Source: Marsupella aquatica (lineage: Eukaryota > Plantae > Marchantiophyta). From it: a stretch of DNA of 64,000 bases. This document shows, piece after piece, positions 48,501 through 60,149 of this stretch. Below the pieces are notes generated by a model. It was not told the origin of the DNA. It searched no databases and saw nothing but the letters and a program-made list of their open reading frames with translations. The translations under genes and the position numbers were made by a program. Each line of letters begins with the position of its first letter. Position 1 is the stretch's first letter. The stretch spans positions 581,573 to 645,572 of the forward strand of contig OZ316899.1 in assembly GCA_973895155.1 (NCBI GenBank). The letters run 5' to 3'.

Positions 48501-50957
48501 GCAGGCCCAATCCTAAACACATTTGCACCCTAAAGTCCAGTCGCGCTCAAACACTTTCAAACAACCCTGCAGGAAGTTCGCGAAGAGTGCAGCTGGAATG
48601 AAGGTCGTCGACTCCCAATTTCCCTCGCAAAACCAACCTCTGCGGCACACTGACCCTGAACACTTAGGGCAAGTAGTACCCCCAAAATCTCTCGCAAAAC
48701 CAACCTCCAAGGTACACTGACCCTGAGGGAAAGTAGTACCCCTCACATGTGGGCAGCCATCGAGTGACTTAGCAAACAGGTTGGTTTGGACATAAAAGAA
48801 CCAATGCAAATGACTTAGCAAAAAGTTCAATGTGGGGAGAGTGCACTTTGGTCAAGAACAAGGCCAAATATAGTCAGGTATGAATCCACATTATAAGTGA
48901 AAGTACCCACCATTCTGATGAAAACCACCATATTTATACCCATTATATTTGGACCTCGCCAACCATGAGTGTGCAATATGTAGTTGCACCGGGAGTTGCA
49001 TATTAGGGATTGGCATCCGAAATTGGCTAATGGGGTATGCATGCTGACGGAATTTTAAAAAATGATGTCCAATTCATATTGCACTATTGTGGAGTAACTA
49101 ACATAACTTACCTATTTCTTACTTACCAGTGTTACAATAGCGACATTGGATAAAGTTGTAAGCATGACTTCCCACAACCTCACCAAAACTTAGTTGGTAT
49201 GATGTAACTAACATGACACCCACAAACTTGGAGTCGCATATTTATGAAGGTCTCGCACAAGTCACATAGGGGAGGGTCTCAGAATGGGTGGTTTTCTTCT
49301 AGTGTAGCTACACATAGTAATCAAATTTGATTACTTTACTAAGGTATTTTGAAGATCGCTCCACAGCGGTGAGAAGTTTTCAATGATATCTCAACATCAT
49401 GTAACCATAAATTAATGAAAAGGGAATGATTAACAAAATACACCAAAAATATCTTAAAGTATGCTAAGGGAGTCTGGAATTGACCAAGGTTGCTCCTTAA
49501 ACATAAGTCAAAATGAAAAGACTTAAGGATTCAAATCCATATTGCTTTTCTGGTCTAAAATGCTTACTAGAGTACTCTTTTAAAGTGCCGTCAACACATC
49601 TTGTCTTTTCTTTCTAAGTGATATTCGGACAAGATCTAAAAGGTAGCTACTTCAACATTTAGATGGTACTAAGTAACATGAAAGAAAATCCATCAATTTC
49701 AATGAGATTTAAACTCAATGAGTTAACTTTAAGAACTCAAGAGATTGCAATGAGTCACCAACAAGGAATCTGTCATTACAACTCAAAAGATTTGCACAAA
49801 AGGAATTTTACTTCTGGTGTTATTAATCAGAGATAGAAACACAAGGAGGCAAGTCTCTCCAAATGTTAAACCTGATCTCGAACTCATAGATTCATGATCA
49901 ACTAGTTTAACACAAAGAAGAGGCAAAAATGCATAACTTTACCATACCTCTACATTAGTGGTAGAGGTGTCTTATAGTGGTGACCTACAGAATGAGAGAT
50001 CACAAGGTCAAAGAGACGTGCCTCTTCATACTCCTCCAAAAGTCAAAACAACAATTCAGTAAGTGAAATTCCAAGAAATGGCTAAGTAAGAACACGTAAA
50101 GCCGTAAAAGCGTAAAGGCGTAAACTCATAAAAGCATAAAAGCATAAGCCATAATCCGTAACTCGTGAACGCGTAATTGCGGTACACTTAAAAACTTAAT
50201 GATTTCAACTATTCCTAACTTTCTACTCCTATCTCGAAAAGTTCTGAAATTTTGCTAGTGAGTTTCCCTATGCACAGAGTATACACTAAATAAGTTTCAT
50301 AGATTTTAAAGCTCTATAACTCATTTTGAAAAATAGGAAAAGATGTACTACTCTTAAAACTAACTAAAAACACTTAGACTACTCCCCAAACTTGCTGTCG
50401 GATGTCTTCTTGTTCGAGTAGCTCCACTGTTGTTACAGCTCAATTTTGTGTAACTTCCATTAGTTTAGCCTGGCGTGGGGATCCTCGAGAGTAGGGTAGG
50501 CATCTCAGTTGCCTTTCAGGATACATTAGGGGTATTCTCTTCCTGAGATAACATATGTCTATTCGAAGAGCTTCTCAATACATCCCAATTACGTCATAAT
50601 TATTGCAAGTAGCAACATATACTTGGGGATAATGGTACATGAACTCATCACTATCCATTTAACATCTCTGAAATACCGGTTGAAGTGGGCCAGGGTTTGA
50701 GTAGTGACATTGTTGCAGATCCTCTGTTTCTCAGCAAATGAGCTGGTTGAAACAAGGGTAACCTTGGGCTCTCAAGGAATGTAATCGTGTTGCAGAGTAG
50801 TAGACTTCTTGCTCTGCATGAGAAAAGAAACCACAAAATCCAGGGCATAGGCTGCAAAATTCCCCAAATATGCCAGAACTAAATCTGGATCCTCTACCTC
50901 TACATCACCTTGGAGTAGCATCACAGCAAGAATAGGCCGGAAGTAGAGAGAGTCAGT

Positions 50958-52728
50958 CTAGAACTCATCAAATTGTGCCATCTCCACTCTGGAAGTTCCA
51001 AAACACTTGAGGTCGAAGATATAACTGGCCTCTATCTTCTTGAGATAGTAGTATCTCCAGAACTCTCCAACCGGTGGTCTGTTGGCTTGCATAATCTTAC
51101 AGGTCTCCACATACCTGTGCACTTGGGACTCTGGATGTCTTGGGTATCTACTCTCGATGGTGGCATTCTGGGGTGTCTGAGTAGATGAGGTGACAACTGC
51201 TACTAAGTTTGGATTGGATCTTAAGGCAGTATCAATATCTTCAAACCCTTGCCTAGGTGACAACTCTAAGGAGTTGTCATAAGATCGGATGGAATCAAAA
51301 TTGGAGGGTGGACCAGAATCTTCAGGCAGATCCTCTCTAGCGTAAGGGTGCTCATATTGTGGCCGATTGTAGGTGGGTCCTTCTGTGGGTTCATAGTTGG
51401 AATTAGGATTGTAAGGTTGTGAACCTGGGCTAGGAGTGGGACTAGCAGTTGGACATTGTTGGATCAAGTTGCTGACCATGGATGCTATCTGTCAAGGTTC
51501 ACACTTAAGCATTTCTAGCAAGTCATCCACAATGGCTACACAGTTGGTACTATCTGCTACTGGAACAGATTCACTTGTTTCTAGGGGAGGGGGCTGTACA
51601 GTGGCAGGAGTACAGATCACAAACTTCATTGGTGTTGGTTCTCTTGGGGGAGAGGTCATTCTGACAGGACTTAGCTGATCATGAAATGGTGATCTCAAAC
51701 TAACAGCCTCCATTCTCAAATTACTAACAGCATCATATAGTCCATCATCACTGCAACTGAGGAGAGATGTCAACTTATCAATAAGCTGTTGATTTGACTC
51801 TGCTTTCAAAGGAGTGGACCTGGTGGTCACATGAGGAGTAGCATCAGTTGGTGCAGCAACATCGTCTTGTTGATGAATGCTCCTTACTCCTTCAACTTCT
51901 AGTGGATCTGCACCTATGGTCCGACTAGGAGAATGCCTATTACTCATTGGATGGTAAACGACTTCCCTGCTATGCACAGGAGAATGTGTAGGAACTTCTA
52001 ATGAAGCATCCTCCATAGGAACATCAACATTCCCCTCAACGTTCTGATCATTTGAATCCAGTGGAGTCTGTGATATGTACAGTGTCTTCCAGGGGAATTT
52101 CTTCTTCGATACCCAGGTCAATCAGGAGTAACCCCCTCTCTGTCCTTTCCTCAAGATGTAAACAATCATGGGCATAATAGAGCTGGGAGAGATAATGTTG
52201 CAAGTAAGTGGTCTTCCCGGCTCTCAAGCTCCCCACTTGTTCCATCATGACATTGTACAGAAGGAGAGCCCAATTTACTTTTATAGCCCCACTGTGAGCA
52301 GCTACAAGAGTGTTTGCTAAAGCCACAGGACAGAGAGTTGGCTTCTTTGGGTGAAGGATGGGTACTAGGAATTCTAGTAGAACCCTTAATTCAGGATAAG
52401 TACACTGTGACAAGTTCCAACCATTCTTGGGATTTTGAGTTCCTGAGAGGTATGGAGTAGATAAGTCCTGCTTCTTGGAATATAACGCCTCTCCTTCTGA
52501 CGGGCATCCAAAGACGTAAGCAATTTGCTCAACAGTCCACAGGCTAGGGCGAGCTCGAATCATTTGCCTGAATTCAATCGGAATGATAGTCCCCTTCACA
52601 AAATCCTGCAAGTATGAGTCAAACTTGACATTCCAGGGAATCTCGAGTAGACGACCCAATCCTAAGTGTTGTAAAGAGTCTTGTAAATTAGAAAGACTAT
52701 CAGGCGCTCGTGGTATATGAGCTGCCAC
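50958..52728 (-). pseudogene. LTR-encoded protein of solo LTR C (one frameshift, one stop)
   Basis: LLEIPW...LQDFV...IAYVFGCP...KNGWNLSQCT...LEFL...VNWALLLY...GKTTYLQHYL matches element B's domain (RNWAQFFY...GGKTYLGSHI); then an S/P-rich tract and a C-terminal block. Confidence 0.78.
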
Positions 52729-53215
52729 TGCTTTTGGGACCGCTAGAGCTTCAATTTGATACTATTCCTCAGCACCCAGGTTTGCCATAGCTGCGACGAT
52801 AATTTGCGTGCTGCGAAGGTTGCTTTCGAAGGGGAAGAGCAAGTGAATAGGGGTGGTGAAAAGACAGAAGTGAGCGCCTGAACTCTGTGCTTGATCCCTA
52901 TCAAGGCATGAAGTCCCCGTTCCGTTGCTAAGTCCCGTTGCGAAGTTAGCCGTAGTGCCGTAACGTGAACTTTCCTTAAACGCGTAAGGCATAAGCCATA
53001 ATCCTGTATTGGCGTAACTTGAATACCCCATAAACCCGTAAACCCGTAACTTGAATACGCGTAAACGCATAAGCCCGTAATAGAGTACTTGTAACTTTAG
53101 TAAGTCGGAATAAGGTTTACACTTGGCACTTTAACAGCAACAGCAAGCTTAAACACAGTAAAAAGTTTTAAAAATTTCAGTAATTTCAGGTTCTCGGTAT
53201 TACCCACCACTTACA

Positions 53216-54495
53216 AAGGACATCATTGGGGAAGTAGAGCAGCAATGTGAGGAGATGTACTCTCCTGGGCAACCATCTGAGGAGGAGCTACTAGAATGCA
53301 AGTGCAATAGGAATAATCTATTGTAGAATACCAAATTGGCATTCACGGCTGCAGAGATACACAGGATGGAGGCATTCCTATGATCTCCGAGGTGAAAGAG
53401 GTGTTGTGGCTTCTCCCAAAGGACAAGGCCCCTGGGACGGATGGGCTCACGGCTGAGGTATACAAGGCCTTTTGGGAGTTCATGAAGGACGGTATGGTGG
53501 CAATGATACAGGATTTCTGGCTAACAGGCGAGCTGGCTGCTGAGATCAAGGAAAGCCTGATAAAGCTGATCCCAAAAAAACCTGATAAAAGATACCTGAA
53601 AGACTAGCGCCCTTTGACGACGCTTAACACCAGCTACAAAATCCTGGCCAAAGTGATTGCTTTACGTATTAAGCACCTGCTATGTAATCTGATTAGCCCT
53701 AAGCAAATCGGGTTTATCCCGGGTAGACATATCTTAGAGAATATTTCTCTTGCTTGGCTTACAAGTGACTGGGTTCATAATTGCAGGAAGGAAGCATATT
53801 CCTAAAACTTGATTTTGAGAAAGCATTTGACAGGGTTAACCACGAGTATCTCTGGGAGTCCATGATGCTGCTTGGGTTTAGCAGCAGGATTGTGAACATA
53901 GTTAAAGCCTTGTTCTCTAATGCTAGCTCTCGAGTATTAGTCAATGGCTTTCGTAGAAAATCACTTTTGATGTGTAGGGGGGTGAGGCAGGGATGTCCTC
54001 TCTCCCCTCTTCTCTTTGTGATTTCTACCCAACCCCTCATGGATTTCTTGGATGCTAAGCTGTTGCTAGTAGACTTGCCAATATCCAAGTTTCAGATGTG
54101 CTTACGATGTGCTACATATTGTTTGCTGATGATGTGGGGATGTTCATCCTTGCAACAGAGGAAGCATTTAGGGATGCTACAACGGCTTTGTCATGTTATG
54201 AAAGTGCATCTGGTGCTCGGTTGAACTTACAAATATCTGTTATTATCCCACTTACTTTGGACCTAATTCCAGACTGGCTCAAGGCTACAGGCTGCAAGAT
54301 TAATGAGCAAGGTGAAGTGCAAAAGTATCTGGGTGCTCCATTTGGTATTGAACTCTCAATGGGCAACTTACATCGCTTCTGCCTGGATAAGGTTGTTGCC
54401 CGCTTGTCCTCTTGGTCAAATAAATTGTTGTTTATCACAAGCTAGACGCTGCTGGTGAAACATGTGCTCATGGCAATACCTATCTATCATGTAAT
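53216..54495 (+). pseudogene. LINE ORF2 reverse transcriptase (piece 2 of 3)
   Basis: KAPGTDG, LNTSYKILAK, KLDFEKAFDRV, GVRQGCPLSP, LFADD, YLGAP; ends at TSD GTAAT. Confidence 0.92.
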
Positions 54496-54677
54496 TGTTA
54501 TAATACATAGGTTAAGTCTAGACTTGGGTTATCTGGACACCTAGGATTAAGTTACCTTAACCTTAGGTAACTGCTGTAACTACCTAGGTAGACTTTGGCT
54601 TGAATCAACCACCATGTATATACTCCATTTGGAACTTGAAGGAAGAACACACTTATCATTGTGTAGTTACTCAAACA
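54496..54677 (+). repeat. Copia 5' LTR (182 bp)
   Basis: Direct repeat of 59967..60144. Confidence 0.95.
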
Positions 54678-54691
54678 CGTTATCAGCACGA
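54678..54691 (+). promoter_or_regulatory. Non-canonical PBS CGTTATCAGCACGA (half-tRNA type)
   Basis: Abuts the LTR and lacks TGG; complementary to an anticodon-arm sequence (TCGTGCT[G/I]ATAACG), consistent with tRNA-Ile. Confidence 0.7.
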
Positions 54692-54986
54692 TACGCTAGA
54701 GGCAATTTTTTTTCCAACATCAGATCTTGTGCAAGACAACGATGAATCAAATGTGGGGCTGTTGAATGATTGAAACGAAGTTTATCCTTCTTAATTTTTT
54801 TTTGAGAAAGGCTCGCTTAAGCAAGTATCATAAGGATATATCCCGAAGAAGAAATTTGAATGAAATCCATTGACTCCATTTACAAATTGGGAGAAATCTA
54901 TAAGCGAATTCAAAATTGAAGCTTCATCAATTATCTAAGGAAGATTACACATAAAGTGATTCGAGGAAATTGCCAACATTGAGAGA

Positions 54987-57900
54987 ATGGCACCTTCGAC
55001 AAGTACAATCGAGAAATTAAACTTTCAAGCACTAGATATAGATGGCTCAAATTACTTGCCGTGGTCACTGGACGTGGAGGCACATTTGGCCTCAAAGGAA
55101 ATTCCCGATACTATTCTTACAGATGCAGGCCACACTTTACAACAAAAGGCCCAAGCATTGATTCTAATAAGACACCATTTAGCGGATTCTCTCAAGCTCC
55201 AATATATGAATGAATACAATCCTCGAATTCTATGGGAGGAACTAAAGAACCGTTTCGATCACACCCGGACTATATTTCTCCCCGTTGCACGCCATGATTG
55301 GATTAATCTGCGCGTACAAGACCACAAGTCAATTGCTGAATATAACAATGAACTTTTTCGCATAGTATCTCAATTGACTATTTGCGGACACCCAGTAGGA
55401 GATGATGAACAGATAGAGAAAACTCTATCTACACTTCACTCCACAAATTTAGTACTATCAATGCAGTACCAAAATATGAGGTTTACAAGATATTCAGAGC
55501 TAATCGCCCATATGCTTTTAGCAGAGAAGCATCAGCTTCTACTGCTACAGAATACAAAAGCTCGACCACCTGGCACCCTTCCTCCCCAAACACAGGCGGA
55601 AACTCATTACAATGCTCCACAAACAACACATTGAAATCAATCACGAGACAGAAGAGACCAAAGAGGATCATATAGAGGCCGAGGCTCCCAGAGGGGCGGC
55701 CATTTTCAATCATTCAGAGGAGGAAGAAATCAACATTACATAGGCAGAGGACGAGATAGGGGCGGATACAACAGCTCCAGAAATTCATGGAAACGGGACA
55801 ATGGGTATAACCCACCGACAAGGAGAGCCGATGACTTTCGAGATAAGTCTGAAAACCCCCCTATCTGCAATAGATGTGGCACAAAAGGACATATTAAACG
55901 CTTCTGTAGAGCACCTACACATCTGGTTGATCTTTATAAGCAAAGCTTAAACAGAGAAACATATGAATCTCATGGAGCATTTTTAGAAGCCCCTACCATC
56001 TTACCAGAAATTCACCTAGTCTCCCAACCAAATGAAAACCTGGATTCACTAAATTGTTGCATAGTCGATAGTGCCACGTCGCACACCATTCTACAAGACC
56101 CAAAATATTTTAAATTCATAACTCCCTCCCACAAAAGATTCACCACAATAATGGGCCAATATCAACTAGAAGAAGGCCACGGCCCAGCTAAACTCATTCT
56201 ACCCAACGGCACATACATACACATAAAATCTGCGATTTATGCTCCTAAAGCCACAAGAAATCTATTGAGCTTCAAAGACATCCGGGATAATAATTTGCAC
56301 ATACTCACCGATATAATTGACTCACGGGAGGTTCTACAAATTGTGGCAAAAAATATAAAGAGCTCAAGAATAGCACAATTACAGAAATATGGCATAACCG
56401 GTTGGGCCACCCTGGCACAACCATGTTTTATAAGATCATAAAAGATTGCCAGGGCATCCCACCTACATTACACCCAAGATCACTCACATCTCCTTGCCTG
56501 GCCTGTTCAACAGGAAAGATGGTCACTAGACCAGCACCCTCAACCACAGACAAAGCCATACCGAGATTCCTTGAGCGACTTCATGCTGATGTCTGTGGCC
56601 CAATAGATCCCCCAAGTGGACCCTTCCGATTTTTCTTAGCTCTTATATGTGCCTCGTCAAAATGGTCACAGATTTCTCTCCTATCTACCCGAAATCTGGT
56701 ATTTCCAAGGATACTTGCCCACATATTAATGTTAAAAGCACAGTTTCCCGACAATCCTATCAGGAAACTTTGAGTGGATAATGTAGGCAAATTTACGTCA
56801 CAAACATTTGATGACTTTTGTGTTTCAACAGGAATTGAAGCTCAATACTCAGTTCCACATGTACATTTCCAAAATGGAATAGCAGAGTCACTCATCAAAA
56901 GATTACAGATGATTGCTCGGCCCCTGCTTATGCAAACAAATCTCCCTGCCTCTGCATGGGGCCATGCAGTTCTCCATGCAGCTACATTACTGAAATACAG
57001 ACCATCGGCTTTTAATTCAAGTACACCATACAATTTAGCTTTTGGTTCTTCCCCGAACATTTCCCATCTCAGAACGTTCGGCTGTCAAGTATTGGTCCCA
57101 ATATTGGGGCCTAAGAGGACAAAAATGGGACCACAGCGCCAACCTGGCATTTATGTGGGTTTTGACTCCACAGCCATTATCCGCTACTTGGAGCCATCAA
57201 CAGCGGATGTATTCAAAGCACGTTTTGCTGATTGCCATTTTTATGAAACTATTTTCCCCAAGTTGGAGGTGACGAAAACCCATGGACACAAATTACCTAA
57301 AGATTTACGATGGCAAATCCAGACTGGATTTTGGAATGACCCTCGCACACAACAAGAAGATTCAGAAATTCAACGCACATTGCACCTTACAAGAATGATG
57401 GATCAACTCCCTGATGCTTTCGCAGACGCTGCTAAAGTGACTAGATCCCACATCCCAGCAGCGAACACTCCGTCCCAAATACAGCACCTGGATCTAACGG
57501 CAAACCAAACAGAACCTCGAGTCAAACGTGGGATACCAACTGGAGCAACAGATAAGTAGCCAAGGCAGAGGCACTCCAAGGAGAACATACAGCCAGCATC
57601 AATCCCACCGACAGCAGAGATACTTTCTGAAACAATGCATCTCGAACATGAAGAAATTGCCATCAATTATCAACATACAGGACAAATTTGGGATCGGCGG
57701 ACCACACCTTTGGATCATACGTTTGTATTCCAAACATCACAAGATATCACTGAAGATTTACCTGATCCCAAAACAATCCTGGAGGCTCAAAAATGACACG
57801 ATTGGACACAATGGGAATCAGCCATAAACTCCAAATTGGATTCACTAATATCACGTAAAGTATTCGGACAGATTTCCCCGGTTTCACATGAAACCCACCT

Positions 57901-59514
57901 GACTGGATACAAATGGATTTTTGTGAAGAAGCAAAATGCAAAAGGTGAAATAGTGAGATACAAAGCACGACTTGTGGCCCGAGGATTTACACAAATCCCA
58001 GGAAGGGATTACGACTTGACTTATTCTCCAGTGATGATATCGATATCATCACCTACAGGTACCTCATAGCATTTGCAATACACTATAAAATTTCCATGCA
58101 TCAATTGGATATAGTGACCGCATACCTGTATGGAAAACTTGACAAGAACATACAAATGGAGGCTCCGCCTGAGCTGATAAACAGGCTTAAATACCATAGT
58201 GAGGGGGAAAACTTACCGAAAAGCCAAGAAGTTGGCCCTTTTGGCCACACAAATCATAATGTGCTACACAACACATCCTAGACATATGCATATAAGGCTT
58301 CTCCAAAGCCAGTGATAAGATCAAAAGCTTGTACAACTCAAATCCGCTTTGCAATTCAAGTACTGCGCTCACTGTATGGGCTGAAACAGAGCGGACGCAC
58401 CTGGTATCAACACTTTCAAGCAGAGATGATAGCCATGGGATTTACAAATGCAGATGTTGCACCATGCATATTCATTAAACGAGAAGGAATAGAACTGATC
58501 ATTATAGCAATATACGTCGATGATCTAAACTTGTTTGGCACTAGCAAGATAATGCTAGAAACAATCAACCTGCTCCAACGTATTTTCGAAATGCAAGATC
58601 TGGGAAAGACAACATTCTGTCTTGGCTTACAGTTCGAGCACTTACCTCAAGGTATCCTTCTCCACCAATCTACATACACTCAAAAAATGCTCACAACATT
58701 CAAAATGATCACAGCAAAGAGTGTAAAATCTCCAATGGACCTGCGTTCACTGGATCGGAACAAAGATATTTTCCAAAAAAGAGAAGAGAACGAACCCCTA
58801 CTGGGCTCTGAGAAGCCCTACCTATCTGCGATAGGCACTCTCATGTTCTTGGCAAGCCAAACACGGCCGAACATCGCATTTGCAATGAACCTGCTAGCAC
58901 GCCATAGCTCATAGCCCACCATACGACATTGGAACGGGCTTAAACGAATCTTCCGCTACTTGAGTGGAACAATTGATCTTGGTTTACTCTACCCATCAGA
59001 CATCGACATTACACTCTATGGATATGCAGACGCAGGATACTTATCCGACCCTGCAGATGCAAAATCCCAGACAGGCTACGTATTTCTTACTGGACCTACA
59101 ACAATTTCTTGGAAGAGCACCAAACAATCTCTCACTACAACATCATCTAATCATTCATAAATAATCGCATTGTATGAAGCTAGCCGCGAATGCCTTTGGC
59201 TACGCACAGTAATAGACTACATTCTAGAAAACACAGGTATGTCGAAACTTACTTCACCCACTGTGATTTACGAAGACAATAGACCATGCGTCGAACAGAT
59301 AGCCGCAGGATACATCAAAGGTGATAAAACAAAACATATTGCTCCAAAATTTTTCTTTACATATGAACAACAGCATAAACAGATCAAAGTACAATGGATC
59401 CCTAGTCAACAAAACTCTGCCGACATATTCACAAAGGCTTTACCTCCTATCACGCACAGTGAACTTACCAAAACTTTAGGGATGCGCAACTTTACTTCAC
59501 TCTTACAGGAATGA
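54987..59514 (+). pseudogene. Copia gag-PR-INT-RT-RH with multiple stops and frameshifts
   Basis: Bianca-like gag KLNFQALDIDGSNYLPW; CNRCGTKGHIKRFC knuckle; CIVDSAT protease; LGHPG; LHADVCGP; YKARLVARGF; SLYGLKQSG; YVDDL; YADAGY. Confidence 0.93.
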
Positions 59515-59966
59515 TGAAGAAACCAGTTCAAGAAATCTTCTAATTCAGGGGGAGCATACACACCAAGCAACGGCCGAGAAAGACGAACAACGCAAAATAC
59601 CGATCACCCCAGCTCTTACGACGAATACATTTCGACGCTGAAGTTGCATACTCCTGAACGCCGACTCTCGACCAAAGAACCCTGGCTACTTTTCTCAAGA
59701 CAAGGAGCGTCAAGCGAACGCGCGACCACATGCGAATGAACAATATTTTACATAACTCTAGTTAACCTAGTAATACCAAAAGTAATCATAAAAGCTCTCA
59801 TTATGTTTACACTACAGTCCTATATTCAAACTTTTTTTTGGTCGGTAACACTCTTTCTCCCAGAAGAAAGCAGGGGAGTTTTAATGAGGTTACACCAATT
59901 ATAGATCACCCAATATAGACTTAAAGTTATTGCAACACTTCTACCCAAAATGTTGCAAAGGGGGAG

Positions 59967-60144
59967 TGTTATAATACATAGGTTAAGTCTAGACTTGGGT
60001 TATCTGGACACCTAGGATTAAGTTACCTTAACCTTAGGTAACTGCTGTAACTACCTAGACTTTGGCTTGAACCAACCACCATGTATATACTCCATTTGGA
60101 ACTTGAAGGAAGAACACACTTATCATTGTGTAGTTACTCAATCA
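59967..60144 (+). repeat. Copia 3' LTR (178 bp)
   Basis: Follows the PPT; followed by TSD GTAAT. Confidence 0.95.
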
Positions 60145-60149
60145 GTAAT

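Larger units (their letters stand above)
35105..49304 (-). mobile_element. CACTA transposon 3 (14.2 kb, complete ends, cargo-bearing, transposase 5'-deleted)
   Basis: TIRs CACTAGAAGAA (35105) and TTCTTCTAGTG (49294..49304); 3-bp TSD TAG on both sides; dense GTGACT/AGTCAC subterminal repeats at 35140..35410. Confidence 0.93.
34976..53215 (-). mobile_element. Solo LTR C (about 4.04 kb: 34976..35104 plus 49308..53215), interrupted by CACTA-3
   Basis: TGTAG...TTACA termini; 5-bp TSD AAGGA at 34971..34975 and 53216..53220; removal restores the LINE frame TDFKD-IIGEVEQ; no gag or pol inside. Confidence 0.88.
54496..60144 (+). mobile_element. Copia LTR retrotransposon, Bianca-type, decayed
   Basis: LTRs 54496..54677 and 59967..60144 (TG...CA; a 4-bp indel and 2 substitutions); TSD GTAAT; PPT AAAGGGGGAG at 59957..59966; removal restores LINE IPIYHV-MYMK. 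Confidence 0.95.

Noticed and set aside
48620-48745. Two ~67-bp tandem repeats (CTCGCAAAACCAACCTC...CACTGACCCTGA)
   Set aside because: Typical CACTA subterminal duplication; two copies only, not CRISPR-like.
59540-59560. Extra PPT-like CAGGGGGAG after the Copia pol
   Set aside because: Not adjacent to the LTR; the true PPT is at 59957..59966, and such post-pol motifs are common in Copia elements.
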